From positions 35,092,001-35,156,000 of the forward strand of contig CM022671.1 in NCBI GenBank assembly GCA_012295275.1: 64,000 bases of DNA, written 5' to 3'. The stretch's first letter is position 1. Each line of letters starts with the position of its first letter. The stretch is from Chrysomallon squamiferum (Eukaryota > Animalia > Mollusca). The position numbers and the translations under genes are program-made. Below are positions 1 to 15,778 of this stretch, in pieces. The notes below the pieces were generated by a model, which was not told where the DNA came from, did no database searches, and saw nothing but the letters and a program-made list of their open reading frames with translations.

Positions 1-651
1 TTAGCTATACGTCGTAGGTTCAGTAAATTGTAATATTATTTATAAATGTTTTAGTTATATATCCAGTATCTCTGAATAGAGTCCGGGAGGTTTAGGAAAT
101 ACAACCCAAGGCTGTTTTTCCAGGATGCTAACTTCAGTCATAATGAAATAAAGATCGACTCTTTAGATAAGATAAATTAAACATGTAGCAAAACTAACAA
201 AATATTTTCAAAGGAGCGAAACTGACTCTTTGTTAACCAAAATGCTATTTGTTTTTCTTTTTCTTTTTTTCTTTTTAATTATTCTGGACCTTTCACATTT
301 CGACTTTCCAGTAGATCTTCAGCCAATATATACATGATAGTTATCTATAATTGTACAAAAGTCTTCAAATTATATTAGCTATCGTGACGTTATTTTTATT
401 TATTTATTTACTGAACAGTTATAAACTGTTCGTGTGTGTGTGTGGGTGTGTGTGTGTGGGGGTGTGTGTGTGTATGTGTGCAGCAATTATTAATTTTCTA
501 GACATAACTATATGTGAAAACTGATTGTTATATGTAGCAAATTAAGGACTGCTGCATTTAACCCACTCCAAACACATTTAATTAAACTTTATACCGCTCA
601 GTGAACGGAGGGTCAAGTCATCTAAAACTGATCATTTAGACTACGAAGTGA

Positions 652-689
<38 letters not shown>

Positions 690-1628
690 CTTATCCGTGT
701 GTGTGTGTTTGTGTATTCTTCTTCTCTTTTCTTAATTATTATTATTATTAAAGAAGAATCGGTTGTAAATATTCGTGTATTGCATCATGATAATTTAAAT
801 AACGTAATAGGTGCCACGTGATCCGGCCGAAATGAACTCTGATTACGTATCACTCAGTCGAGTCTTTGGATCTGCAGATCGTAAGAGACCAATAACATAT
901 ACACAGCCGTAACTAGACTCTTTTTGAAATGAGGCAAAAAACACTTAATCGCAACGATTTCGATAGACGACTTCAAACATTAACCATATACATAAACGAT
1001 TTCATTCAGTGGATGTCGTTTCTATCGGAATAGAGATTTATATATTATATATTTTTTAAATAAAATTTTTGTGTTAAAAAAAAAATATAATAATAATAAT
1101 AAATAAAATTGTTAATTTCGGTATGAGGCATTTGTCCCATTTGTCTCAATGTAGTTACGGCCATGATATATGATAGCCAACGTTTAATGTAAAACGTTTA
1201 TTGTTTTTTTTCTAATTTGAAAGTGGTCGCTGGGTTGGCACCATTCTATTTACCAACTGATTTTGTATCCTTTTAGTATAAATCCTTTGTTTTTTTTAAT
1301 GAATGTACTGGATTTAAACCCTGATCACAAACTGCACATCTCAATTAATCTATGCAATAAAATCGACTTTAAAAAGAAATATATTTTCATTTCTTAATTA
1401 AAAGAACCTTTAACAAAACACGCATGCGTACTTGAACAGAGATTGTAAGTTACGCCATTAAAGTATATTATATATTTAAAAAAATTTAATGGACGTAATT
1501 ATATCACCAAGCTGTAGATGGAGCAAAAATCGATAAATGATGTCTATTTTGATCAGCCGTTGGTCAGTTGCTACATGTAATGGTCAATATTTCTACACGT
1601 TAATTTTACTTACAGCTTCCACAATTCA

Positions 1629-1702
<74 letters not shown>

Positions 1703-1904
1703 ACACACAGAGACATTTGTGATAATAACATTAATCATAAAAGAACTGGTACATTTAGCAGATTTCAACTTGATTTGTAACTTAGAATTGTTTTCTGTTT
1801 TATTACTGTGTGGTAGAAAAAAAAAAAAAGAAAAAAAAAAGAATTGCATTAATGATTTAACAATAATACATCCTAATCGCTAACATTTTATTATTTTAAT
1901 AATT

Positions 1905-1945
<41 letters not shown>

Positions 1946-2661
1946 CTGGTAAACTGGAAATAAATTGTATTTATCCCAATACTGAATGGAACGTTTCGAT
2001 TATAAATTTTATTTGTGTCGTTAATGATGAACAAATTCGTCATAATCTAACATGCACGTGCTGGATTTTTTTCTTACTTGACGCAAAATTCGAAAGGAAA
2101 AATAATCAACATATAACATAATATTTTTTATGTTTTGATATAAAAGATTTAACACAGGAAAATCAAAGTAACAGTATACATACAATTATTTTCTGAACTT
2201 CATCGTAAACATTTAAACATAAGAAAATTATATTTCTAATCCATTTATATTAAGTTGTCACTTACATTTACACTTTTTTTTTTTTTTTTTTTTTTTTACT
2301 ATCAACGAATCATACATTTTGACACTTAATAAAGAAACAACATAATACGTTGAAAACGAAAACTAACCTGTGGGTTTTGCTTATGCTTTATGGATTTATT
2401 TTCAAGCTACTCTGATTTCCAGATAATTAGTCTGTACACTCGTCTCTAAGACTGAATACGCAAATAGCATCTTCAGTTCGATACCGAACTTTTGAACTCG
2501 CTGCGAGAAACTACAACCACAAAGTCATTATTATCAATGTCTGAAAGTGGCAAAAATAGTCGCTGATTGACATCATGCTATTCAGTGTCTCGGTTTGCAC
2601 GTTTTCAGCGTTTGTTCATTTCGTCGTCTGCTAGCAGTGGATACAGCACTGTTTCAATTGG

Positions 2662-2725
<64 letters not shown>

Positions 2726-3045
2726 AAAATAAAAAAATAAACAAAGATAGAGAAAATCCGTAATATGTCCTCCCACTCACAGTCAAATAATTTTAAAATT
2801 TTCCTTAATATATTTTATTCAATAAAGATATTATCTGATTTTAAGTTATTATTTTTAATGTAACAATAAATAAATAAATAAATTTTATATAAAAAAGAAT
2901 AAATACATATATCTAACGTGTTAGTATTTTATTTCAAGTGAGACGATTTAATTCCGTATAACTGAAATAATGACGCCTTTTTTAACACCAGCTACGATCC
3001 ACTTTTATTACCCATTAAACAAAATAATTAGTTTTATAATTATTT

Positions 3046-3090
<45 letters not shown>

Positions 3091-3250
3091 CAACAACATC
3101 AACGGAAAGATAGAATAAGAAATATTTATGATGATGATTATTATTGTTATTGTATTGTTGTTGTTGTTATTATAGAGCAATGTAACAGATACAGATCCAA
3201 ATAAATGTTATTTTATAATAATTTAAAAAAAGAAAAGAAAAACATTACGG

Positions 3251-3326
<76 letters not shown>

Positions 3327-3726
3327 TAAAGCATTACAAATGTATAAATATATCAATGTGGATGTATGATGACTAATCTTTTCGTGTGATTTTCATAAAT
3401 AGAAATATAATAATTAAATATAATAATAGAAAATTGTGTCTTAAAAAGGTTAATATTAACCTTTAAGCATCCTAGTGACATTTGTGTTATTGTTTTTACT
3501 AAAACAATAATTTGTTATTATACAATGCACTCCAGTTATTTTGTAGGTACACGTTAAATAATCTGCAAAATAACAATAAAAATATCAATAACAACAGCAA
3601 TAATAATAATAAATAAATAAATAAATAAATAAATAATAATAATAGAGATGTTTTCAAATATGACTTTTTGCTGCCTTCTGCGTTGAAAACTTGTATGCGA
3701 TGCTAATAAAATTACATATTTCTTAT

Positions 3727-3841
<115 letters not shown>

Positions 3842-3899
3842 CAGAAAACAAAGCCGTAAATATTCGCTAGAGAGTAACAAAATATTAGTATGTACAATT

Positions 3900-4051
3900 A
3901 CACATCTGCCGCCAATCTAGGAACACCATTAATGGAGGGAAATACAAAAAACTAAAGCTGTCTCGCGATTAGACGATCGACATTTTGCAGGATGACTTTA
4001 TTAACAAATTAGTTAACTGATTTCGCAGTTTCTTTGACTAGAAACTTATAT
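3900..4051 (+). promoter_or_regulatory. Possible non-coding first exon / promoter of the GH63-like gene
   Basis: CpG-richer patch ending in a GTAAGT donor at 4052; a pyrimidine tract plus AG (tttcatttcttaag, 4634) lies 14 nt before the ATG. The 5' limit is approximate. Confidence 0.4.
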
Positions 4052-4648
4052 GTAAGTGCTCAGCGCCAACATATTATTTAATTTAAATTATCACGATGAA
4101 GAAAAAGTAAACGATACATGTAAATATTATCTTTTATCATTATTATCGACAATTGCTTGTTTTTTACTTTTTCAAAAGTTCACGATACCGCAAAATTTGC
4201 TTTAAAAATGTTTATAAGTATTATTTTTCATTCGAAATATTGTAGAAATATTGATTTCAATTGTGAAATTGATTACGTGTACGTGAAGTAAAGTAATATA
4301 ATAACAAAACATGATACGTATTAATAAATATTTACATTATTTCTATTTATTTTATTTTTTTTAGAATTTATTTATTTTAAGTTACGAAATTTTATGTGCA
4401 ATAATCCGATACAGGTTATATTGAATAAAGAAAAAGCATAATAATGACAAACGAGCAAATCATAAAAAAGTTGTTTTCTAGATAGAAATATTTGAAACAA
4501 AATATATTTCATCAGAATTAGCAATAAATCATTATGATTTCAAAGATGAACAGTCTGATTATGTTCAATAAAAATGTGAAAATACCATTATTATTTTGTG
4601 TTTATCTCATTAGAGATTGATTTCATTTCTTAAGAAAGACACACAAAG

Positions 4649-4836
4649 ATGAAGAGAGTGGAGAAAAAAGATGGCTTCTTTGACCAATCTGGTGCATTGA
4701 CAACAAAAAAGTCAAAACTGGAAAGGAGAGATGAAGATGAGGATTTACTGATAGATGTTGTTCCATTTTGGGGTCCATATCTTGCAGAGAGACACTGGGG
4801 AACTGTCAGAGAGGATTTGTCCACTGATGGAACATG
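4649..4836 (+). CDS. GH63-like gene, coding exon 1
   Basis: ATG at 4649; encodes ...[23 protein letters not shown]; phase-2 GC donor (TG|GCACGT). Confidence 0.8.
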
Positions 4837-5476
4837 GCACGTTCTGTTTTTAAATCTTTTTCTTTCTCTCCCCACAAATAGTAGTACTGTAAATAATACT
4901 GAAATATCACTGTGTTAAAGATCTCTACCAATTGGTAAAACAATACACAGCAATAAGTTAAAAATAATTTCCTGCTCTTAAAAAATATTCTGTTATATAT
5001 AATATAGGATAATAAAAATACAAGGTGAATTGAAATTGTCATAATATTGTTATTTGACTCCACAGTGAAAAGTGGTTTGCTGACAATGTTTTATCTGGAA
5101 CATTTGGATTGGAAATTGATTAAATTGCTCATAAGAAAAATAATTTAATGTTCAGATCAGTTGACAGTTTGATATATAAACACAAACCAGCTGTTAACTA
5201 AAATTAGTTTAGAAATAATTTTAAGTATCTGGGTGTTTTTTTTTTGCACATTTTACAGAAGATGAAGCAATGTGTTGTATTTGTTGTTGTTAACTCAGAA
5301 CAGAAATTAGTTCTAAGTCCTTTTTTTTTTCTGACACCAAAAAGGAGAAGTAGAACGCAATAATAAAAATAATTCAAAATAATAAAATAAATTAATGCAA
5401 TTAATATACAATATTGAATTGTAAAAAGATGAATATACACCTATTTAAGTTATAAAATAATAATGTGTATATATGT

Positions 5477-5519
<43 letters not shown>

Positions 5520-6524
5520 TATACAAAGGACAAATATTCCTGTATTTAACTTTATAGCTGGGAATCATTTTCTCATGATGATGCAGTGTGGAGATCGTAC
5601 AGATCAGGTGAAGATGGTTTGCTTGGCATTTGTGACAGACACTGTCTCATGTGCACCTCGGTAGTTCTGTGGAATGGACATGATTCCATCCTCAAAGAAA
5701 GACTTTTTGGTCTCACTAACACACAGGTAAGAGTATTCCTCCTGTCACTGGGTGTAAAAATTTAATAAATTTTGCAGAGAGAACCTGCAAATATTTTCTC
5801 ACTAACAGCAAGGTAGGTCGTACATGAACTTTCAGTTAAGCAGAACATTATATTTCTTTGGTTATTCAAAGAAAAACTGAAGTGGACATCTTGTAAGTAC
5901 TTGTGGCCATTTATACTGTGTTAATGTATGTGTGTAAGGTGATAGAAATATATACAGATCAAAATACTGAGATATATATTTATATAGATAAACATAGTTG
6001 AAATACAGATAGTTATATTTAAAAAAAATCAAGGGAATGAAAGAGAGAGAGATAAAATGAGCTACTTTAGTCATATCAGTTTATTTTTGTAACAATATTT
6101 AATAAACTTACAATTTTAATTCATAAATTTCATTTTCTGTTTAAATCAAAATGTTCTGATGACTTGGAAGTGGTTACATGCATAACAGTTTTCTTCAGGG
6201 TAACCATGGTGAAGATGTAAAGGAACTCTACTATTACCTTGACAACAACAAACAGCATACCTACATGAAGGCTCTTTATAAATATCCTCAGAATCCATTT
6301 CCGTACCAACGTCTTGTGGACGAGAATGCCCAACGTGGAGTTGAACATTCTGAGTTTGAAATACTAAACACAGGTTTAAAAAAAAAGAAATAACATCATT
6401 TGACATTTTCATCTCTGGCCTTTTTGAAATAAAATTATTATATTAATATAAAGAAAACAATAAAAAATCCCTTGTACCTAAATTTCACAAAGTAATTTTT
6501 TTTTTAAATTATTACAATTTTCAG

Positions 6525-6558
<34 letters not shown>

Positions 6559-9500
6559 ACACATATATCCAAACATACTGAAAATGCTCTCTTTAATTTT
6601 TCATTACATAACCAAAGACATAAAATTATAATTGCTACTTTGTAAGCAAACTGTTTATGATTTTTCTAGCAACCTTAATGTTTATCAAAGAAATATTTAG
6701 TTAAGCTTTGTAATAATATCAAAAAAAAAAAAAATCATTAATTTGTTTTATATTTTTACTGATTTTTTTTTTTTTAATTTTTTTCTTGTTTTCTTTTTTT
6801 TCAAGGTATTTTTGAAAATAATGAATATTTTGATGTATTTATTGAATATGCTCTTGTGTCTGAAAAACACTTGGTTTGTCGAGTCACAGTTCACAACCGA
6901 GCTTCTGAGAAAAAGAGACTGGTGGTCATGCCTCATATATGGTTCAGGTATTTTACAAATCTTTACATCCATTTGAATATCAAATGATACAAACCAACTT
7001 ATATTTCTCCATCGTAAAACTAGCTTATATTGCATTCAGTAATTAAAAAAAAAAAATTTAACTGTCAAGGAAAGATATATAATTAATATCTATTTTGAAT
7101 AACTGCATAACTACACAAAAAATAACCTTCAAATGATGAAACTGAGAAAGCTAAAAAGTATTTTTTAGTTTATTGGCCTAGCTAATGCAGTCTTTAGTAA
7201 GTAAAAACATTTACAGCAATCATAGATTATAAATTAATGCAATAAGAATCCCCAAAAATATAATATCACAAATAAAAGTGTTTTAATACAAGAAACGTGA
7301 TAGAATAAATGTATTTATTTAAAAATCAGTGGAAGAATATCTGTTTTAAAAAACCCAAATAACAGTATTCTGCAATAGCAAGCAAACAGAAAATGTGATT
7401 GTCTAAAGATTATTTAATATGTCCTTCAGTTTGTTTCAACATTTTTCTTTCCTAATCTTTAAAGAAGTACAGTACAGATGTATTTGAAATTCTCTGTGGA
7501 CATAAATTTGATTATCATAATTATTATAAAATTATAAAATTTAATTAACAGTTAGATAATGGTATAATTTAATAATTGAAAATAGTTTTATTATTTTACA
7601 TGTGTTTACAGAAATACATGGAATACTGATGAAATAAAGTTTCAAAAACCTAAACCTTCCATGAAACAGATGGCTAGCAAAGTAGTGGCTGAACATGAAA
7701 AAGGTAAAAGATAGCTTTTTTAACACAAAATATCAGAAATATTTATATTTTATTCTGCTTTCTCTTTTTGGTCATGATGTACAATTTCTTGTTTGCAGAA
7801 ATGCGCATAATTTAAAAAAAATTCTGCTTATTCCGATCCTATCTCATTAAAAAGTATTGAAATGAAAAATGTTGCATTTTCAGATATAAAAATCAAAACG
7901 TAACATTAATGGCTTACCTCAAATGAAGACAGATTTTCTCAATATCTCATTCCCAAATATTTATTTTAAAACATTCATTAAAATACATTTTTAAAATAAT
8001 TATTCTTAACTGTTTGATTCTTGTTTTTTAAAATTTAGTTTACTAATCATCTTTTATAGAAATATATTTTATAATATTAATAATTGGATAAATTTATATG
8101 TCTCTTCTGTAACTGTTGTTCTCAAACTGTGGACTGTTTTGTTTTTTGAAGGTAAATTTTACATTCACTTCTGTGAAGAGCCATGCAAACACACTGTGAT
8201 ATTTACTGAGAATGAGACGAGAGTGGAAGGAAACCAGCCCTGTCATGGAGCTTTTTATAAAGATGCTTTTCATAAGTACGTAATTCATGGTGAGTTTCTC
8301 TTTGTTTGAATTTACTATTTCACTCTCAACGGTTAATTGAATAAAAAGGTTTTTAAAAAAAACCATACCAAAAAATGAACGAGTAAATATTTAAAATAAA
8401 ATTATTATTTATAATAAAAGATTACAGTGGTGATAATTATGATAATTACTTTTGTTATGGTGATTTTTAGCAGTGATAATGATCATAATTACTGTTATTA
8501 TATTTAAAAAAAACTAAAAAAACATTTATTATTTAAAAAAAATTCTTGTTAATAATATTATTATGATTATTATTTTCTGAATGTAAAAATGGAATACTGC
8601 CATTTTATTTCCAGATTATTTTTGTTTTTAGGAGATAAAAACGCAGTCAATGCGCACCTGACAGGAACAAAATGTGCAGCTGTGTATGATGTAAGCATCC
8701 CAGCTCATGGACAGACCAGATTCTGCTGGTCCATCTGTCCAGAAATGATGACTGGCAAACACTGGGACTCTCATCAGATTGATCACATATTTAAGAAACG
8801 CATTCTAGAGACTAACAAGTTCTTTAGCCAGGTAACCCAGCTTTCACATATTAGTTTAATGTGGGTTCGTTTTGACAAGATTTTGTGACTGAAAGTGACA
8901 CAGATACAGTCATCTTTTTAAGCCTCTAAGACAAGATTTTAGATTCTTGTGCTTAAAAATACAGATAAAGATTTTTATTTTGTGACTCCTGAATGTTCAG
9001 TTAAAGATAAGGATAGGTTTGTGGCAACGAAATATTTTTTTTAAATGATGTAGAATATTAAATACTTAAAGTTTGTCACAGTCTAATGGCTTAGAGGGAA
9101 CAGATAAACAAATCAAAAGAAATGAAGACAAATTTAAAAAAAATGTATTGTGTTTTAAGATGTCAGTAATTAGAGTAAATTGTTTCTAGGATCAGTATCA
9201 CTTCAACTGTTCTGTTGTCTCTACTGACAGTTCCTGAAAACAAAAGTCACAAAAGAAATATTAAAAATAATGTACATGCATAGGTATCATTACAGTCTGA
9301 ACTTTTAATTAACTGTAATTAATGTAATTCAGATCTGACTATAAAAATATAAAATATTTTAGTACTTAAATATCCTTAAAAAAAAAAATATATATATGTA
9401 TGTATGTATATAAGTGCATATGCAGGTACATATGTTATGTATATAAAATAAAATAAAAATTAATAATAAATCAATAAATATAAAACTGACTGACAGAAAA

Positions 9501-11243
9501 GGATTAAATCAATGGATACATATTTTTGACTCTGGGGAAAAACATTTAAGATAATACCTTTTAAAAAAAAAATTATTATTGAAGTTGTTGCCACGATGTT
9601 GGAGTGATGAAGAACGAAATGTTGCAAGACAGGCTGTGTCTGGACTGCTGTGGTCGAGACAGTTTTACATGTACGATGTTGCAGCAACGCTGTCAGGTAT
9701 CAATGTGGAATTGTTGTTTATACATTTATCACTTTAATCACTACATCATCAATCACTGTTCAATCACAGAAAACATAATTTTGAAAAACTCACACATACA
9801 CAGACTGTTAAATCATCAGTGATTAAATGAATGATGATTAGATCAGTTTCATTTTTTGATATAGTTTAAACACAGAAAAATGAAAAAATCATTTTTATCT
9901 TTTTGTGACTACTAATGGGCAGCAGTAAATGAGGGATCCTATTTTGCAATTTGTTATTGCAATCAGTATCCAGTCATTGATAAATTAAAACAAATTATAT
10001 GTGCTCTCATGTAACAGGAAGGCACTCAAAAGAAATATTTTATTGCTAATCAGTAAGAATAACCCCTGCAGTGGCAGCTTTTTAACCAGAAATAATTTAA
10101 TATGAAAATGTGTTCTTAAAGAAATACTCACCGTTATTTCACTTAAATGATGATGTGTTGTTAATTGTGGTTTTTTTTTTTCTAACAAACCAGAAATAGA
10201 GATAATAAGAGACAAAAATAAAAATGATTCTAGCATCAGAATAGAAAACAGAAATTCTGATTGGTGCCACTTACAGAATTATGATGTCATCTCGATGCCT
10301 GACAAATGGGAGTTTCCATGGGTAACTATTGAAACTATTTTGATAATTCAAGCCTTACTAAATGATACAAATCTCCTACTGAATGTTTTACTGTGAATAT
10401 ATGTATTATGTATTTTAGTTTTACTGAAAACAAGCTTTATAGAATTTAATACTGTAGTTATTCCTGCAGTTATTAATATCTTTATATTTCAGGTTAATCA
10501 GCAAGTGCTGACTAGTTCTGTTATTACTTTTAAATATCTTTAAACTAAACTATGATTGACTCATTTAAAATGATTTCAGATATTTTGGTAATAACTAACA
10601 AACAATTTAAATGTAAAAAGTGGATAAAAGATAATTTGGCACTCATTAACAAATACTGTGGTGTGAAACTAAACAGAGGACACAGGATATTCTGGTTTTC
10701 GCTGAACATTATTTTGTCAGCATTACAGATACTGGATAAGACAGTAACTTCTAATTAATGTCTTATTTAGAGTCTAAATGACATTAATATAAACAATGGT
10801 TGTTTCAGTATGCTAGCTGGGATTTGGCCTTTCACATGTCACCCTTCACCCGATTTGACTGTCCATTTGTCAAGTATCAGCTGAAAACATTACTTCTGCA
10901 CAGATACATGAAACCAGATGGACAGGTACTGCTGTAGAAATGTGAAAAAATATTATCTTTGATTCAGACATTCACATACTTAGATATAAATAATAAATAA
11001 TAATTTTAAATAACTGATTTTTATGAACCTTACTGCAATTTGTGAGAGACAAATACTGGTAAGAAATATAAGTTGTATTTTCCTGTGTCTTTGAATGCCA
11101 TCCTTTTCTAACAATAAAGGATGTAAATATATAGGTTTATATTTAGGCATAGAAATGTTAAAAAAAAAAGAAGGAAATAAATAAAAGCTGATAAAATGGA
11201 TAAATTGTTGCAAAGTTTAAGGAGATCTTTTTTCAATATAATT

Positions 11244-11282
<39 letters not shown>

Positions 11283-14200
11283 TTTTTTATTTTTTTTTTT
11301 TATTTATATTATTTTTGGCTTACAGTTTTTATAAAATTTCTGACATTATAAAAAGAACACTTCAGCTTGTTTTATTGTTGTACTTTATTGTTAGCAAAGA
11401 TTATTTTTAACAATAAAAGAGTCAGAGAAAAGACACAAAATGTATTAGGTCTTCTCATAACATCAAAAATACACTTCAGGTATAATTAGCAGTCCTATAT
11501 TTATATATTGTGAGAAGGAAGACCTAACAAAAAAAACAACAAATGTCTTAAGATAGAATTATAATAATTAATATCAACACAAAATAAATTTTTGTCTATA
11601 TGTTGGATGATAATAGTTATTTTGTGTGACTATATATGTACAAGCAAATTCCTAGTTTCACTGTGAATATAATTTTCTGATAGACTAAAAGATCTGATTA
11701 TTGTTATGATTTTCATTACAGTTACCTGGTTGTGAGTTTGACCTCGGTGACCCCAACCCACCTCTTCACGCTTGGTCTTGCCTGGAAGCTTTCATTGTTG
11801 ATGGAGGTACAGATCATGATTTCCTTGGGTTCTGTTTCCGGAAACTGTTACTCAACTTCAAATGGTAAATGGAGATATTTTGCAGTTACTTTAAATAGTT
11901 CATTTTTTTCTAATTCAGTTACTGCAGATTAATTTTACCTCTGTAAATATGCATAAATGGAACAGATAAAGAAACTTTCATCATCCCATATTTATATAAA
12001 TGTTTCAAATTCTATCAACTGCAGATTAATCTTAAATGCTGTTGTTAATTTGTCAGACTTGAAAAGATATATTTTTATTTATAGGACTACTACATATGCA
12101 ATCATTTGTTCATGAGATTATAGCTTTTATTTTAATCATATTACATTTTGGGTTCTAACAAAAGTAGCTTTATCCTTGACGTTTGACAGTTTAATCCTTA
12201 ACTTCCAATAAGTGAATAGATCCATTCAGACTTTTATTACTATTAACCCCCAAACAAAATTCTTAGAAAAAAATTCATTACACAGCAAGGAGCCATTGAG
12301 ACTCCAAAACTTCTTATCAGTCCAGAAACAAAAAATTCTTTGATTAATAATTCATATCAGTATGGAAGTGACCATAAAATTTAATTAAACAATAAAAGGG
12401 TTACTTGATATCATGGTTATTATTTTACAGAAATAAATAAAACTGTCATCAGAAATAAATAAACAAAACCTATTTAAGCCATTTGCTTTTACTAACATGG
12501 TTAAACTGTGTGTTTAGATTATTTTTCTAAAACTTAACATCCCATTATCTCTCAGCAAGTACTAGTGTTTTGTAATACACAGAACCAGTTTCAGTTACTA
12601 AGTATGGACAAGATGAAAGACTGGAAAGTAAACCTCTCAAAAATCTTGTAAACATTTACTGAACCACTCTTTGAACTCTTACAGTTGATAAAATGATCAC
12701 AATACCACAGAAAATACAGTGTCAAATAATTTTTCTTTTTTTAAATTAAGATTAATAATAAAATAAATACAATGGTAAAAAATATAATACAGTGCAGAAA
12801 GAAAAATCAGCACGATCTACTGCAGATCTTGCACTAGAATGAAATAAGTTTAATTCTGGTATAAAGCTGAGGATAGATGGGATATTAGTTTATTTCATTG
12901 GGTTCTAACAAGAACTTGTTTATTTTGTTCTCAGGTGGACATCCTTCACAGACCATGCCGAACAGCAGACACACTGTGGCTTTCTGGGTATGGACAACAT
13001 CAGTGTGTTGAACAGATCTGAAGCACCACCCGAAGATTTCAGACTCATGCAGGTGAATATACTGTACGTTTTATCAGAAACAGTGCTTCTCAACAAGTTA
13101 AATCTGTAGCTTTGTGGGCACATGATTCCTTTATGATGTGACAAGTTTCAGGAGCAGTGGTTTTTAGTACTTCTGTTTAATTATTTCCTGTTCTAGGTAG
13201 TGCCTCACAAATGTATCAACAACTATCATAAGTTTTATATATATATATAAAAAATCTTTAGCTGATAAATTGATAACACTGCCAAACCACTGTCAGTAAA
13301 ACAATGAGTCCATTGTAAGGTTTTATTGTTTGCAGGCAGATGCCAATGGATGGATGGCCTACTTTGCTTTAAATATGTTGAAAATGTTTCTGATCCTTGC
13401 TGAGTTTGACGACTCACTGAATTTTGACTTAGCAGAGAAGTTTTTAAGAATCTTCTTGGCAAAGGCAAAACTATTGAACAAAGAAGTTACTAGTTCAGAA
13501 CCTGGTCAGTATGCAATACATCTGGGAAAGGTTGTCCTGTAAATAAATATATAAATAAATAAATCCAATTTACAGGCTGTGCCTATGTTTTTCATGTTTA
13601 GTTTGTTAGTTTGTATCAATTTTGTGTGTTTGCTATCAAAGTAATTAAATGTAAGTATGAATGTGAGTTTGTGTGTATGTGTGTGTTTGTGTGTGCATGC
13701 TTGCATATCTGCGTGTATGTTTGTCTATATAGGAAGTATGTATGTATATATGTACATGTGTATGTATATCTGTATGTAGCTTACATACTTACGTAGACAC
13801 AGAATATTTGATTTTTATTACTTGTTTGAAATAAAAACAGTTTTATTTTACCTCACTTTCAGGCCACTGGGATAGTACAACTCATTTTTACTATGATGTT
13901 TTGTTGACCCCCAGGGAAACCAGCCAATCAAGGTGAAGTCGCTGGTTGGGATAGTACCCATGTTTGCCTCTCTCATTGTCAACTGTACACGGCCTGGCAT
14001 CTGCAAGAAATTTTATGACAAACTTTATGATGCATCAAAAATAATTTCGTAAGTGTGAATATTTTATACTCAGTGTCTTTGTCCTGTCTTTTAAACATCT
14101 GTAGATAATAATTCATAGTTATATAATATATTTGTCAGTTAAAGAAGATAGTAACTGTTGTCTTTGTCTGTATTTCTGGCTGTCAGTAAATAAAAATTAA

Positions 14201-15733
14201 AATGTAGTTTAAATGTTTATGTTACTTAATAAAACAAAATTTGAACCATTTCATGCTGATAACTTTACATGTGTGAATATGAACGTGTGTGTGTATGTTG
14301 TATGTGTGTGGTTTTGATTCTAACTCTATTTCAGGTGCACAGAATCTCTTCCAACAAGTTCCTGCTCACAGCTGTTCCTGTTATGAATGTCATGTCCATA
14401 TTCACTTCTTTGTTTTCTGAATCAGAATTCCTCTCTCCATATGGGATTCGATCACTGTCAAAGGTTTGTTTTGTGCTTATTTCTTTTCACATTTACATTG
14501 GTTTAGTCAGTTTATTATTTCATTGAAACATATTTTTCATTCATAACAAATATCTTAGAAAGAATGCATGAGAATGAGAGAGCCATTGGTCTTTTCTATT
14601 TACATGGTCAGGGATGTGACTAATGATTTTTGCAAATTTATTATTACACTGAAACATAATTTTCATCCTGTTTATGATCCATGAAGAGTGTCTTTGAAAG
14701 AATGAATGAGAGAGAGAGTCAAAGAGACAGAGAAGGAAAAAAACAACAGAATGATGGACTGAGAAGGGAGATAGAGAAAAAAAGAGGATGTGAAAGGAAA
14801 GAGAGAATGGAATGCAGATGAATAAAATGGACAGATAACACTAAGAACTGAAGTAAATTTGTTTGTCCAGGTATATGAACATGAGCCTTACAAAATCACA
14901 ATTAACGGGAAAGAACACACTATTAAGTATGAACCTGGTGAAGCAAATGATGACATGTTTGGTGGGAACAGCAACTGGAGAGGGCCTGTTTGGCTTTGCA
15001 GTATGTTTTATTTATTTATTTTTATTATTAATATTATTTTTTAATAACATTAATTTTTTATGTACTGACTGTCAAAATATATTGATCAGTTTTCTATATT
15101 CTCTGTTGGTGACATTCTTTTTAGGATATACTGATTAATTTTTAATTTCTGCAGTTCTGTGTCAAAGATTCTAGAGAATGTTGACTGATTTCTTTTTAAT
15201 TTCAACCATTCAGTGTTAGACATTATTTTTTCAACAACTCTGTGTCACACTGATTAATGTTTTAAATTTCTGCTGTTGAAAATAAAAAATTAAAAAATTC
15301 TTATTTGTATTCTTCAACCAAGACTGATATTTTTCCATACACAGAAAGTTATTATTTTTTTAATGTATTTTTATATGTATTTTTTTATGCTTTATTTTCC
15401 AGTGAACTATCTGATAGTTCAAAGTTTGGAAAACTTACGAATGGCACTAGGTGATGATGTGAAGATCCAGTACCCTGCAGGCTGTCTTGACCGATGTTCT
15501 TTTGATTTCATCATCAAAGACATCAGCAGAAGAATAGTCAGCATCTTTCTGCCAAATGAAGCCCATGCAAGACCTTCACATGGCAAGTTGTATTAGATGT
15601 TTTATTTTGTTATAGTTTAACATTGGTGAGTGGGTTTGATTTGCTTTTAAAGGATAAAAGTAGTTTAAAAATTAAGTATTTAATAAAAAAATAAAATAAA
15701 TTATATTTTAGGTTTTTGTATGTACATATAATA

Positions 15734-15778
<45 letters not shown>

